A DNA stretch of 63,961 bases, counting the filler, from Rhabdomonas costata (Eukaryota), in assembly GCA_019059605.1 (NCBI GenBank). It is 48 parts of 48 records of this genome, joined end to end, with 100 filler letters (N's around TTAATTAATTAA, not from the genome) between each part and the next. Parts side by side here need not be neighbours in the genome. Positions count along the whole stretch, not along the records: positions 25,366 to 26,596 come from JAHMHO010022523.1; positions 26,697 to 27,930 come from JAHMHO010022524.1; positions 28,031 to 29,265 come from JAHMHO010022525.1; positions 29,366 to 30,600 come from JAHMHO010022526.1; positions 30,701 to 31,935 come from JAHMHO010022527.1; positions 32,036 to 33,270 come from JAHMHO010022528.1; positions 33,371 to 34,605 come from JAHMHO010022529.1; positions 34,706 to 35,940 come from JAHMHO010022530.1; 40 more parts are not named here. One strand, written 5' to 3'. This document shows positions 25,689-37,649 of the stretch, piece by piece; position 1 is the first letter of the stretch; the number at the start of each line of letters is the position of its first letter. Made by a program: the position numbers and the translations under genes. The notes under the pieces are model-generated. The model saw only the letters and a program-made list of their open reading frames with translations. It made no database searches and had not been told where the DNA came from.

Positions 25689-26858
25689 GCGTGGTGGCAA
25701 AAAAGGATTGGAAGCTTGTGAGCTGCGCCCTTCTCTGAGCAAAATCAAAAAGTCGGTCGTCTGAAAACCACTGGATCTGGCACAGGTGACGCAAGAAAGG
25801 CAGCCTTCCGTCAGTATCCGCAGGGGGGCTGGCGGATTTTCGGTGCCAGCGATGCCTTGCGATGCTTTCACACCCCTGTAGCAAACTTGCAGAGGGTTTA
25901 TTTGCATTGCTGCCGAGGGAAACGCCTTGTCTCTTGAATTTTGAAAGACGACGGACGGACGAACGAACGAAGTCCGAATTTTGAAGTATGTATGCCCAAA
26001 AGGTGTGCGGACTCTGGACTCTGCGGGTGAGGCAGCGTCTTTTTTTATCTCAGGCGATTTCCGCACAAAACGCGGTGAACCTTTTTCTGAAATCCCTCGA
26101 TTGTGCAGAGGGAAGCAGAACGCCGCCGTCCGCGAAGGACCCGGTTGCGGGGCACACAGAGTTGTAGCCCGTTGACGGTCTCTGACATTCGTTGCGGTGA
26201 CGCTTTCGGGCCACATTTCTCTGTACGGATACATTCTTTCAGCCTTGATAGAATGAATACGTTTCTTCTTCTTGAGGTAACACCCACAGGTAAGACACAG
26301 TTTAACCATGATAAAGATTGACGTAAACAGCCACAATAATAACCAACCATGAGGGTGAATTGGGCTCAAATGGACTATTTTAATTTTGCTCGACTTTTTG
26401 CACTCTACCGTGGCCGGCTGGGATCGTCATAGTCACCCAGCAACGTAGCAGGCACATAATGGGAAGAAAATCTGGGAAACCAACGGAACCTTCGCCCTGC
26501 CAACACACCCATACCAGGAGTAATGTGACCCCTCTTGGGCCCTAGCCCTGCCAGCCTTTCCCACGTACCCTCACTGCAAGAGACACAACCAACAAANNNN
26601 NNNNNNNNNNNNNNNNNNNNNNNNNNNNNNNNNNNNNNNNTTAATTAATTAANNNNNNNNNNNNNNNNNNNNNNNNNNNNNNNNNNNNNNNNNNNNCTGG
26701 ACCGCGTCGAGGTATGGTGCGAGGAGAATGTTTCTGTGTGAGGTTGTGAGCGGGGGGCTATGCTGGTTCCGTTTCAATGGCCCAGCTTCGCTATCTTTTC
26801 TCCCACACTAAGAATAGCTAGGGATTTTGATCGAAGGGTTGTGTTGTCGGGAGTATAG

Positions 26859-27263
26859 GTCTACGAGCTTGCCGAAGTTAGGGAGGAGGTCGCGCTTGCG
26901 GAGACGGCGAAGCTGCAGGAGAACAATGGGGTGGCCCTTTTGGGACACATCAAGAAGGGCGCTGTGAGGGAAGTGGAGAAGCTGCTGGGCGAGCCCGTGG
27001 ACCTGGACACTTGTGACGGTGTGGATGGCAAGACCCCTGTGATCTGCGCCATTGAGAAGGGGCTGCCCGAGATCGCCCTGAAGCTCCTGGAGCTGAAGGC
27101 TAACCCCACCCTTGCGGATAACGAGGGCAAGTTTCCACTGACCCATGCGATTTGTAAGGACCAACCCGATGTCGCTCTGAAGCTGATCCAGTACAAGGTC
27201 AACGTGAACGCCGGGGACAAGGAGAAGAAGACACCTGTGATGTACGCCGCAGAGCGCAGTGAG
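26859..27263 (+). CDS. Ankyrin-repeat protein exon
   Basis: DGKTPVICAIEKG, EGKFPLTHAICKD and EKKTPVMYAAERS at about 33-aa spacing; AG/GT-bounded. Confidence 0.92.
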
Positions 27264-29599
27264 GTTTGCTCCTACATGCGCTCTCTCTCACTCTTCCTCT
27301 CAGCAATAGTGCATTGTCGACGGGGAGACATCACCCTCCTTCAGATTCGGTATGGGAGGGTTTCGCGCAACTTAAAAGGAGGCTAGATTGGGTTAATAAG
27401 ACCCCACCATGTCAAGGTGTCGGGAACTGGGAAGATGAGACCTTAGGTGGGCGTATTCTTCAAACATTGTTCCTGATCTGACCTATGATTTGTGGTAACT
27501 CAGAACGCCTGTGCACCTTCGGCTGGGACTTTGTGAATGGAAATAGTGTGGTGGGTGCGTGTGTGTGCGTGTGTCTTGGAGGGGGATTTCATGTTTGATC
27601 GGAAAGTTTGATTGGTAAAGTTTGAGGGGTGTCGAGTGACACGCGACCTGCGTTTTCGTCCCAACTATTACAATTGCCCGTCATGAAGCTGTAAGTATGT
27701 CATGGAGAGATTTCCCCAAAACACTCTTAGGGGACAGTTATCGCTTCTTGTGCTAAACAGGTGCATACGACTGAGACTGATTCGGCCTGCGCGAATGAGT
27801 CCCCGAGTTTGCCTCCAATGCTCGGAAAATAGCAGCAAATTGCCTTAAAATGTTGTTTTGGATTAAAAACAAACCTCTCTGAGTTGAAACAAGTGAAAAG
27901 CATAACCGCCGATAGAACTAAAGTCCCGTGNNNNNNNNNNNNNNNNNNNNNNNNNNNNNNNNNNNNNNNNNNNNTTAATTAATTAANNNNNNNNNNNNNN
28001 NNNNNNNNNNNNNNNNNNNNNNNNNNNNNNGGGTGGTTGGGGCCGGCACAGCAGCCGCAACAAGGCTGCGGTCGAAGACGAAGGTGCTGGGCAGGGTATA
28101 CACCCCAAGGGACTCCAGTAGAACCCGCGGGGGATTCTGCACGCTAGCCCGGATGAAGTGCGTGGGGACGTTGCCAAAGCCCTTGGCAAAGGTGGTTCGG
28201 GGGGGTTCCCACAGGAAAGGGCTGTTGGGGTCCGAGCACACGGTCTGCGGAGCAAAGGGGCATACAAAAAGCTTGCCACCCTGATCCACGGCGCCTCTGT
28301 GTCTGGGATGTAACTTAACTTCTTTTTTAATTTGAAAGCTTTGTTTCGTGAAGTCGTGACAAGAAAGGATAACGTTGAGCGCAGGCCGTTGAACTAAAGT
28401 GGCAGATTGCCCTGACGTGGGCTTTCTTTTTGAGGAACAGCAGAGGGTCAATGCCCAGCGTCAAGAGTCTTCCAAACAGAACAGGGACACAAAAAAGAGG
28501 TAGCAGGAAGAAGTGGGAAATTCTCAAGTTTTCTGATCTCTGACATGCAAAGAGCATTGACGCATTGCTTGTCAAACAGCGCAGCTCTCCAAGCTTGATA
28601 CGCAAGAAAAACGGGCGCCCTGTGGCGCTCTTCCCAGCCCGATTCATCCTGATGACGTCAATTTCATCGCCTCCCCCCCGAAAAAGACTTGGCCTTGCAG
28701 GTATTAAGGATGCCGACATCCAGGGAGTCATGGGAAAAACCATGGGTGTGGCCGCTTGCATCGTCATGGCCGTCCGGTTGCCGGGGCGTCGGGTCGCTTT
28801 TTTTAATCGATTTATCCAGTGTTCTGTGTTTCCGGTTGCAAGGAAACTTGAAGGAATTCAAGGGGCTCACCCGAAACAGCCCACATTCATGAGATATCGA
28901 GTAAGCTGGAAAGCTAATATTAGCCTCGATCCGCAACCACCGCAAAAACCAAGGAGATGCCGAGTAAGCAAAAAGTTGCCAAATCGGGCTCTCTAACCCA
29001 TTCCCCCCCATCCCACTTCATGAAACGAGCACAGGCCATCTTCTTGTCTTTCATTTGCGTGCACGGAGACCTGGTACGCGGATTCCGAGCACTGAATCAT
29101 TCCTGGACGGCTAGTTCCCTGTGAGAGACAAACCGAAAAAAACCAGAAGTCAAAAGAAAAAAGAATTCCCATACATGCCACCCCTTCCGGGCAATGGACA
29201 AACCATCACTTCCCAAAGCACCATCACAACACTGTCATTTCTTCTTCCCCACCCCCCCCCAACCANNNNNNNNNNNNNNNNNNNNNNNNNNNNNNNNNNN
29301 NNNNNNNNNTTAATTAATTAANNNNNNNNNNNNNNNNNNNNNNNNNNNNNNNNNNNNNNNNNNNNAGGGCACAAAGGTTCGTTCTGCACACCACACCCTT
29401 TGTCTTCGTCGACAACCGAGCAAGGATTGCCTCTGTCCACCCCATCGTCTGTGACCCCTGTGACCCAGGCAAACCAAGCGCTGTCGTCCTATTAGCCCTG
29501 GGCTTGGGATTTGTACTGAACACCTTTCCTTGTGAAAAAAGTGCCTTGGGCAAAACGAAAGCTTACCTCCACGCAATTCGCAGAGCAGGAGAATCCTCA

Positions 29600-30600
29600 T
29601 AAGCCCCTCAACAGATTTTTTCCAAACACGCCAATATCTACCCTACCACAGCATACCGCACACACTACCTCAAGTAAAAAACCAGTTAGCACCAAAGCAC
29701 CACCAGCACCAGCGAAGAAGACACAACATTTAGCAGATGCAATTAAACCCTAAGACAGCCCATCCAAGTCCATCACCTACTCAGGAACCAATTCAGACTC
29801 ACACCCGTAATATCACAAATAAAAATACGCAAACCCTCAAGCACACGCAATTAAAGCAACAACAACGCAACGCACCACCGCACCAGAGAATCCACAAAAG
29901 ACATAAATTCACGCCCATGCAGAAACCAGTGAAACGCAAGATGGAACGCCAGGATAACACACAGAAACCACACACGTAGCATTCAAAATCCACACCAAAA
30001 TCGAATGATAACCCACAGCACCAAGAACACCACATAAACCACAACTGCCCCCATCCACACAGCAAGAACTTTCAACCACACCATAGCAATTTCCACACAT
30101 ACCCAATACAACACAAAAGAAACACAGAGACTACGCACCAAGGATAGGGGAAGCGTTATATCAAGAAGGCCCTGCAACACCACACACAAAAAAAAACACG
30201 CACACACACACACACCACCCAACACACAAAAAACACAACACAAAATGCACCCACCACTTTACGACACTGCTTCACACGCAGCACCATCTACATCACGCAT
30301 ACCATTGAACAACCTGTACAACACCCCTTGTCGGATAATGGCAAACCTAAAATAGAGTTCCCAAATATCCAGCGTCTGCCCCGAGAAACCACAGCCTACC
30401 CTGATAGAACTTTAATCCACCCACAACACACCCCATCCAAACACAACCATGATGTCCAACCCAACACCAAAAAAAACGGCACCACTACCACAAAAAAGCG
30501 CAACCGACCTTAATCGCACAACAGCAGCGCCAAACCAGCACGTAAAACCATCGAAAAATTTCCAGTCTTTCCCCCCACTACACTGCATGAACCCACCACC
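29600..30600. repeat. A/C-rich, G/T-depleted low-complexity tract
   Basis: Extreme A+C skew over about 1 kb with no credible ORF. Confidence 0.7.
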
Positions 30601-31035
30601 NNNNNNNNNNNNNNNNNNNNNNNNNNNNNNNNNNNNNNNNNNNNTTAATTAATTAANNNNNNNNNNNNNNNNNNNNNNNNNNNNNNNNNNNNNNNNNNNN
30701 GTAGGTGAGAGCTTTAAATATGTCTGAATGCCTGAATTCTGATTATCTCCTGGCAGCAGATGTTACGAGGCACAACGATGGAGTGAATGCGAGTCAAATT
30801 TGGGTGTCGGAACATGGGGGCGCGGCGTTTAGGTTGGCACTTGTCCAGGTAAGTTTGCAAATTTTTGCTTTAAAGCATTTAAAAGCATTAGCTCCACCCG
30901 CCGGAAACCTGCGGGTTTCGGGTTAGACGCTACCATTTGTCCCAATCCAGCATTCTATTGGGAACACATTTAACCCTAACCCTTACCCTAGACCCTAGAC
31001 GTCTGGGCTTCATGATGTAATTGTCTCTTGGCCAG

Positions 31036-31935
31036 GGCCTGGACGAGTTCTCTTACCTCCTGGACGTGCTGCTCTTCCTGGGACGCCGGCCCGCGAACAC
31101 CCCGGCGGACTTGCGGGCCTCTGAGGAAGACGACGGGGCGGCGGTACGTGTGCTGCTTTTTGGCGTGCGATGCTTACGGCGGTTGTATGAGCTTCTTGAC
31201 TTGCCTCCAGGACCCAGGCAGCTGTGTTTGTAGCCCTTGGGATATGTCTGGTTCCCTTTTCTTTGTTCACATCTCTGCCCCGTTTCATTTTTCGCCCTTC
31301 CTCTCAATCGTCCCATCATCCCCTTCTTCAATTACCGTGACCCCAACCCTAACCCTTTCCCTTATCTCATCCTTCCCTCCTGTAACCCGTGTGCATCCAA
31401 CCCTCTGCTTTGTGTCATTGCTACATTCGTATCCACACTGGTTTTCCGTGCCTTTCTTCTCCCTCCTGGTGCTTTCTCCTGGTGCTTTCCAGTTTTCTTG
31501 CCCCACTCACCTCTTCCGATTCCCTCTACTTTTCTCTCCTATTCCCTTTTTGGGAGGGAGGGGCGTCCATTTTCCGCACAATGACCATCCTTGCTGTACA
31601 CCCTCTGTAATTTATTGTGGACCGTTAGGTAGCTCATTGACATTTTCGGACCACACACGGACGCGCACTGCTATCACACAAAGATAGCCCAAGTGCCCTT
31701 TGTACAGTGGACGCTGGCGGTATTGCTGCTCCAACGAAGATCCCACTGAATGACCCTTTATTGTTTCAGGTAGACATAGGTGGGCCTGGCGTCCCGGAAA
31801 GCCCTGACGATGGGTTCTATGGGTGCGTCCCTGACATCCACCTGGCGCCGGAGATGGAGGTTATCCGGAGGTTCTTCAGCGAGAATGCGGAGGCCGCCGC
31901 GCTGGAGACGACCTGTGCCAACGCCATGAAGCGCT
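31036..31935 (+). CDS. DBP10: DEAD-box helicase DDX54/Dbp10, two exons (31036-31143, 31770 to contig end)
   Basis: DEFSYLLDVLLFLGR and YGCVP...ALETTCANAMKR match the DDX54 pattern dEipYLLDLhLFLGR ... G.vP ... L...a.NA.k.Y. Confidence 0.85.
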
Positions 31936-32041
31936 NNNNNNNNNNNNNNNNNNNNNNNNNNNNNNNNNNNNNNNNNNNNTTAATTAATTAANNNNNNNNN
32001 NNNNNNNNNNNNNNNNNNNNNNNNNNNNNNNNNNNGGGTGT

Positions 32042-32187
32042 GGGGATATATATAGTAATATACTACTACTATACTAAATGGTCATGCATACGTACACTTC
32101 CGCCAACTTACATAAATATGTACGTGCGTATGTGTACGTATGCATGACCATTTAGTATAGTAGTAGTATATTACTATATATATCCCC
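32042..32187. repeat. Perfect 56-bp terminal inverted duplication (probable fold-back)
   Basis: Arms 32042-32097 and 32132-32187 at the contig start. Confidence 0.9.
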
Positions 32188-33017
32188 TTCCCCTTCTGCC
32201 AACATGCATACATAAGTTTGTGGGATAAGGTGACGGTGTACCCCCTCCGGTCAGTTCCGAGTGCCCCAGTGTGCCTCGGTGCATGAAAAATTTCAGAGCC
32301 AGACGGACGGGCAAACGGTCATCCAGAAACAAGGACCTTGATGATCCCACGCACTGAGTCAGGGGATTCCTGCTGCGACGACTGGCTGGGCTGAAAGCTG
32401 CAAAAAAACAAAGAAATGAAGTGCGTGTTTGCATGCGGTGTCGCGGGAGTTCTGGGGACGCTTGCAAAGTTGCTTCTTTCGCGGACGGAGCACAGCAATA
32501 CCACTTCGGTTTGCTGCTCAAAACCGAACCAAACTGTAATAAACGTATCCGCATAAAGGAGGATGTATATCTTCATCCGCCCCAGACGGGTAGAAAGGTT
32601 TTGGAGCCCTACGTCTTTTTTATAAATAAAAACGAAGCTTGCCTCGGAATCTCTCACACGTTTTCGGCGCAGAGGCGGGGAGCCGGATGAGGCCCTACTG
32701 GCCATCGCGCAGCAAAATCAGTACAAGATGCCCAATACCCATTCCGAAAAAGACGAGGAAAAATAATACCCAGCAGGATAGAGGGAGAATCAACTTGGGA
32801 ACCAGTCAGCGCCACACACACAGAGAGAAACACACATCGGAAAGGAAGGCTGGTTCACTGCCACACAGCAGGGAGCTCTGAGCTGCACCGTACGTGAGGG
32901 CACCGCCCTTCGTCCCTCGTATGATCGGCTAAAGCCGACTTCACAGGGCAGGCACCGAAATAGCGCGTACTGAACATTGCAACAAGAAACCAGAATGCCA
33001 ACCACAATCCGGCAGAC

Positions 33018-33178
33018 CTGTGCGCTGATGGTGCATCCTTGAGCTTCTGCTCAGTGTGGACGGTCACGGGGTCCTCGCCGTCGCCTTCGCCGTCGCCGTC
33101 GGCCTCCTCCCCGCGGACTAGAGCTAAAAGGGACTCCGGAAGGTAGGGCAGGTAGACCTTCAGGTGGTCCACGATTTC
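33018..33178 (-). CDS. Exon resembling the linker that precedes protist membrane adenylate/guanylate cyclase domains
   Basis: IVDHLKVYLPYLPESLL fits L..Y.pYLP.sll and is followed by an acidic linker; AG/GT-bounded. The exon is solid but the product call is tentative. Confidence 0.55.
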
Positions 33179-34249
33179 CTGAGAGAGGGGCAGACAGTGG
33201 TATCAAGAAAAGGCAACACTGCGATAGCTGGCAAGGCTTAAAACACAACAACCTAAACTCACCCAACACANNNNNNNNNNNNNNNNNNNNNNNNNNNNNN
33301 NNNNNNNNNNNNNNTTAATTAATTAANNNNNNNNNNNNNNNNNNNNNNNNNNNNNNNNNNNNNNNNNNNNGTGGTTGGGGGGTTACGGTTACCACTAGCA
33401 AACGTTAGCAGTGGTAACAGAAAATCGGCTTTCGCAGAAGGAATTTGACAACGGTCAGGTAAAACGGGTTGAGTTAACTTCGCCAGTGACACCTAGATGA
33501 GTGCTTTTGCTTAGCAGCTGAAAACTGCTGCTGGCTGACTACTCGCTAATGGCTGGGATATGGGCGGACGAGTAGGACAGCATTAGTTTAGGGTCGAAGG
33601 CCAGTGGCGCGGCGGCCGGAGCGGGCGGCTGAGGCCGGAACGTCACCTGGGAAGCCTTTAACGACTTCTAAAGTTTGGCAAAAACTCAATTCAAAAAGGA
33701 TCCTCTCCCATATAATAATAATGGCAATAATTACGACACTCCAGAGCACCAAATACCTTGCTGTCATTTTACTCCCGCCTTGAGGCGGTGACGTTGAGCG
33801 GACGGAGGGAGGTTGGGCGGGATAATGCATTGCTTCTGTCGTCTGCAGGTTTGTTTGCAGACGAAGTCCCCACTTTGTTTTCTTATCTTCGCGCAAAGCA
33901 ATCATATTCTTCACAAAGGAATTCATGCATACAAAGCCAGACATCACCATGGAGAGAACACTGAGCCCTGGAAAGCTCGGTGCAAAGATGGGGGATGGAA
34001 CATCCTGCAAAGTATACAATAGATGACCTTCCTCACCCTAGCTGATCTCCAACCTACCCCAGCTCCCCACTGCCTCATCCCATATGTTCCGGTGGGTGGG
34101 TGTGGTGCATCGTCAATACTACAATAATATAGCAGTAGGGTGCTAGAGACATGATGCAAGTGAAGGACCTCCCCACTTCGAGCGTAGCACGCCACACACC
34201 GGTGTCCTCAATGGGGTACACCTTGGGAAGACTTCCCGGACTGTGGCAC

Positions 34250-34377
34250 CGAACGGCGTGAAACAGCCCCAGAGGGGAGCCCACGCAGTACATCGCCAAC
34301 ACAGGGAAGTCCAGCGCGGTCAGGCTGAGCAGTGTGATATGCTATGACCTGCTCAGGGAGTGGGCCACGATGACGAC
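34250..34377 (-). pseudogene. DDHD-type phospholipase A1 exon with compensating frameshifts
   Basis: VVIVAHSL / VIAY / LLSLTALDFPVLAMYCVGSPLGLFHAVR matches VSIVAHSLGSVI.YD.L...L.F.V...GSPLGLFL.lR. Confidence 0.7.
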
Positions 34378-34493
34378 CTTTCCGAGAGAAGTGAGATAAA
34401 GATAGAGAGGCCTTCATCACGACAAAGCGGTGGCATTTTGCATATACTTCCACCTCCCAAAACGCTGCGTGGCCGGTCCTGAAGGTTAAGGCC

Positions 34494-34600
34494 GGTTGTG
34501 GTGCCCGTTAGCGGCTCTTTCGCATATCTGCAGCGCCGTATTTTGCCCCAAGCAGCGGAGAGGCAGATATGCGAAAGAGCCGCTAACGGGCACCACAACC
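34494..34600. repeat. Perfect 38-bp terminal inverted duplication (probable fold-back)
   Basis: Arms 34494-34531 and 34563-34600 at the contig end. Confidence 0.88.
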
Positions 34601-34705
34601 AACACNNNNNNNNNNNNNNNNNNNNNNNNNNNNNNNNNNNNNNNNNNNNTTAATTAATTAANNNNNNNNNNNNNNNNNNNNNNNNNNNNNNNNNNNNNNN
34701 NNNNN

Positions 34706-35940
34706 ATTTTTCCTCACTGGGGTGGCGATTGGATTTCATCTACCAGGGTTTTCGGCCGCAGGATTGCAGCTAAACATGAGCACTAGCCTGCTTGTAGATG
34801 TCTTTGCTGAGAGGGTGGTATTTTGGGATGACCCCCGCTTTGTAATGCTCAACCCCACAGCAAGTAATATGGGCCTTCTTCCGCACATTCTTGTCACCCG
34901 GTTCGTGCGGAGCTAGTCAAGCGGCACCACGAACGTCTTCACAACTGCCTTAAATGTATGCTTGTCGTTTATTTTTAGGTGGTGGCTGTTGAGCTGGTCA
35001 GAAGAATGGCGGTTTTTTTCTAGGTGCAGGAGTTAACTTTGGGTATGACTGCACCATGACTGCAGGACTGCAGTCGCGGTTATTTTTGTTTTTGCGGTTG
35101 CCTGGCAGGCCTTTGACTCGACCTGGAGATCAATAGGAACGCGGATCTCTTGGCCCAACACCACTGGGACACTGTTTGCTGTGAGCGGTAGCAACGACAT
35201 TGCGGTGGCGACGCTGTGTTCCGAGTTCAGCCTGAGTTATGTGGGATCCAACGCTGCTTTTCAGTACAATCTCGCTCTAGTTCAGTTTGTGGATGCCAGG
35301 ACCGGGGCCCTCCAAGCCGTCCTTTCGACGCCCTCCATAGCTGCGGCCGCAGACCATTTTGCTGAGGCTTTGACTGTTCCTGGGAGTGACATGGAGGTGA
35401 ACCTAGTTAATGCAATCCCCCCTGCGTATCCCATCGCGGGATACACATACTTCATATATCGTCAGCAAAACATGTCCTGTGAGCAGGCATACTGGCTGCA
35501 GAAATACATGCTCTTTTCCTTTCAGACGACAGCTGAGGCAATTGCTCTGGCATTGGGTTTCACTCCTCTGAGTGATGCTGTGGCACAAGTGGTACAGTCC
35601 AAAGTCGCAGCGATGCAGTGCATAGATTTTCTTCCCTCCGTTTTGGGCGGTAGCGCAACAACCGGAACTTTGGTTTTGGTGAGCAGCCTGAAGGAGCGTT
35701 TCGAGCCCTCTGCTCCATCTCCCGGAGCTTTCGCTTCCTCTGAAATCGTGCTGGAAGTGGCAGTGCCTTTGGCAGCGCTGCTGGCGCTACTTGCGCTCTT
35801 GCTGGGGTTTTTCTTTGTGAGAAGGCGCCGTGCTGCACAGCGCAAGCTCGCAGAGGCCCCGAGGGGGCTTGTGGCGCTAATGTTCACCGATATTCAGGAC
35901 AGCACGCGACTGTGGAACACCTTCCCAGAGGGTTTTGCCG
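34706..35940 (+). CDS. Receptor-type adenylate cyclase with an extracellular PstS-like phosphate-binding domain; exons to 34955 and from 35109; in-frame TAG at 34914
   Basis: PstS motifs WDDPRF..LNP, RS*SSGTT..FT..L, AYPIAGYTY and GFTPLS; a TM helix followed by RRRR; cyclase start APRGLVALMFTDIQDSTRLW. Confidence 0.9.
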
Positions 35941-36099
35941 NNNNNNNNNNNNNNNNNNNNNNNNNNNNNNNNNNNNNNNNNNNNTTAATTAATTAANNNN
36001 NNNNNNNNNNNNNNNNNNNNNNNNNNNNNNNNNNNNNNNNGTGGTGGGTGTGTTTGGGTGTGGGGGTCCTTCGGGTTCCCGCAGCAGTCGCCGGGGCTC

Positions 36100-36582
36100 G
36101 TCTGCGCGCGTACCTGGGGCGAGTTGCACCGGTTTATATCCTTGTGGGGTCTAATGATAAACCTTGACCCCGATGCCGGTGACTTGGGTGAACGCGAAGA
36201 TTTCAAGCGCTCGTCCGTGCTCGGAGGCCTTGACTTTTTGCAGGTATTCGGTGATCGCTGCCTTTTTCTGATGCGAGTTGCCGCGGCGGGACAGGTCTGC
36301 TCTGCCCGCTGAGGCCAGAATCCAGTCCTGGAGCTTGAGATCACTAAAAATCTCTTGCTGCGCTGCGTCCAGCCATGAGGCTATCCTCACTCGCAAGATT
36401 CGTACCACCTTCTCCCTGGGGGTGTGGTGGCGGGAACTGGGACCCTGCTCGAGGCGCTTCGCGACGGCATGCTCTCTCCACTGATTGTCCAGGGGTCTTG
36501 GGCTGAGCTTGCTGAACTTCTTCTTTTTCTTCCTGTTCCGCTTCTCCGAGTTCTTGATTTCCCGATTGCAGCGATTCCTCAT
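36100..36582 (-). pseudogene. Degenerate OTU-like cysteine protease domain, possibly transposon-borne
   Basis: PLDNQWREHAVA..LRVRIASWL..EYLQKVKASEHGRALEIFAFTQVTGIGVKVY fits the OTU pattern. The catalytic Cys is absent, stops are present and no introns are seen. Confidence 0.55.
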
Positions 36583-37649
36583 GTGCGGGCTTCACTCTCC
36601 TTTCGTGCTATGCAGGTTGAGGTGTGCGAATCGATTCTGACTTGGTTTCAGTCGGTGGACGACATAGGAGAATAAAACTGTCTCACGGTATTCGATACCC
36701 TCACGCCCACTCCCTTCAGGAGCACACCGTTGAGCATGGCGATCCGCTCGTTGCTTAGGTCGCGGTGCAGCCCGCACAGGCACCGCGGAGCAGGGCCCGC
36801 GCCCTCCTCCGCGCTCGGGGGCACTGGGACGGTCACCTCCGATGAAGTCGAACCGTCGAGCAGCAAGCAGCCGCCGCTGCAGGAGCCTCCAGGCAAAGGC
36901 CCAAGAGCGCGCCTCCCAATTGCCAAACTAAGGTTCATCCATCCGCTCAGCCAAGGTGATCGGCAACAATATATTACGTTCAACGTTCAAAATTTAGTTT
37001 ACCGGCTTACATCGCCAACTCTCCTGAAACTTAGTATTGGTTGATACGAGCAACAGCGGTACGGGTTTCAATCTTCTTGGACAAGCGGAGGGAGCTTACT
37101 ACCTCCATAAAAACCTTCTTCATACCCCAGGCCAAGAGAGGGGAAGAAGGTGGCTGGAGGGTACACAACTGTGTTGTACCACTGTACTCAGTGCCCTTGC
37201 CCTAGGTCATGCTTATGCGTTATGCGGCCTCTGCGATCTACAAGCGGAACTGGGAGCCTTTGGAACACCACCCCCNNNNNNNNNNNNNNNNNNNNNNNNN
37301 NNNNNNNNNNNNNNNNNNNTTAATTAATTAANNNNNNNNNNNNNNNNNNNNNNNNNNNNNNNNNNNNNNNNNNNNTGTTTATGCCAGCTTTACATCCGCG
37401 GGGCGCTTGGTGCCGGAATCCGCGGCCCCCGGCGCACCCCGCGAGGGCTTCACACCTTGAACCCAAACGGACTACTCTTCCGGGCGAGGCCGCCCCGTCC
37501 GTTGCTTGGAAACCGGCGCCCCGACCACTCACACATAAGGCTTGCCATGCCTGATTCGTGGTTGCCCGTGAAACGCAATTTCCGCACGGATGCATGGTTG
37601 AAATGGTTCAGTCCAATGTGTCGACGTTTGGCCGATGATCAAACCGAGG

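Noticed and set aside
25686-26369. 227-aa ORF
   Set aside because: No domain similarity or exon-like codon bias was recognised.
31028-31687. 219-aa Phe/Ser/Pro-rich ORF
   Set aside because: It reads through the pyrimidine-rich DBP10 intron in the wrong frame.
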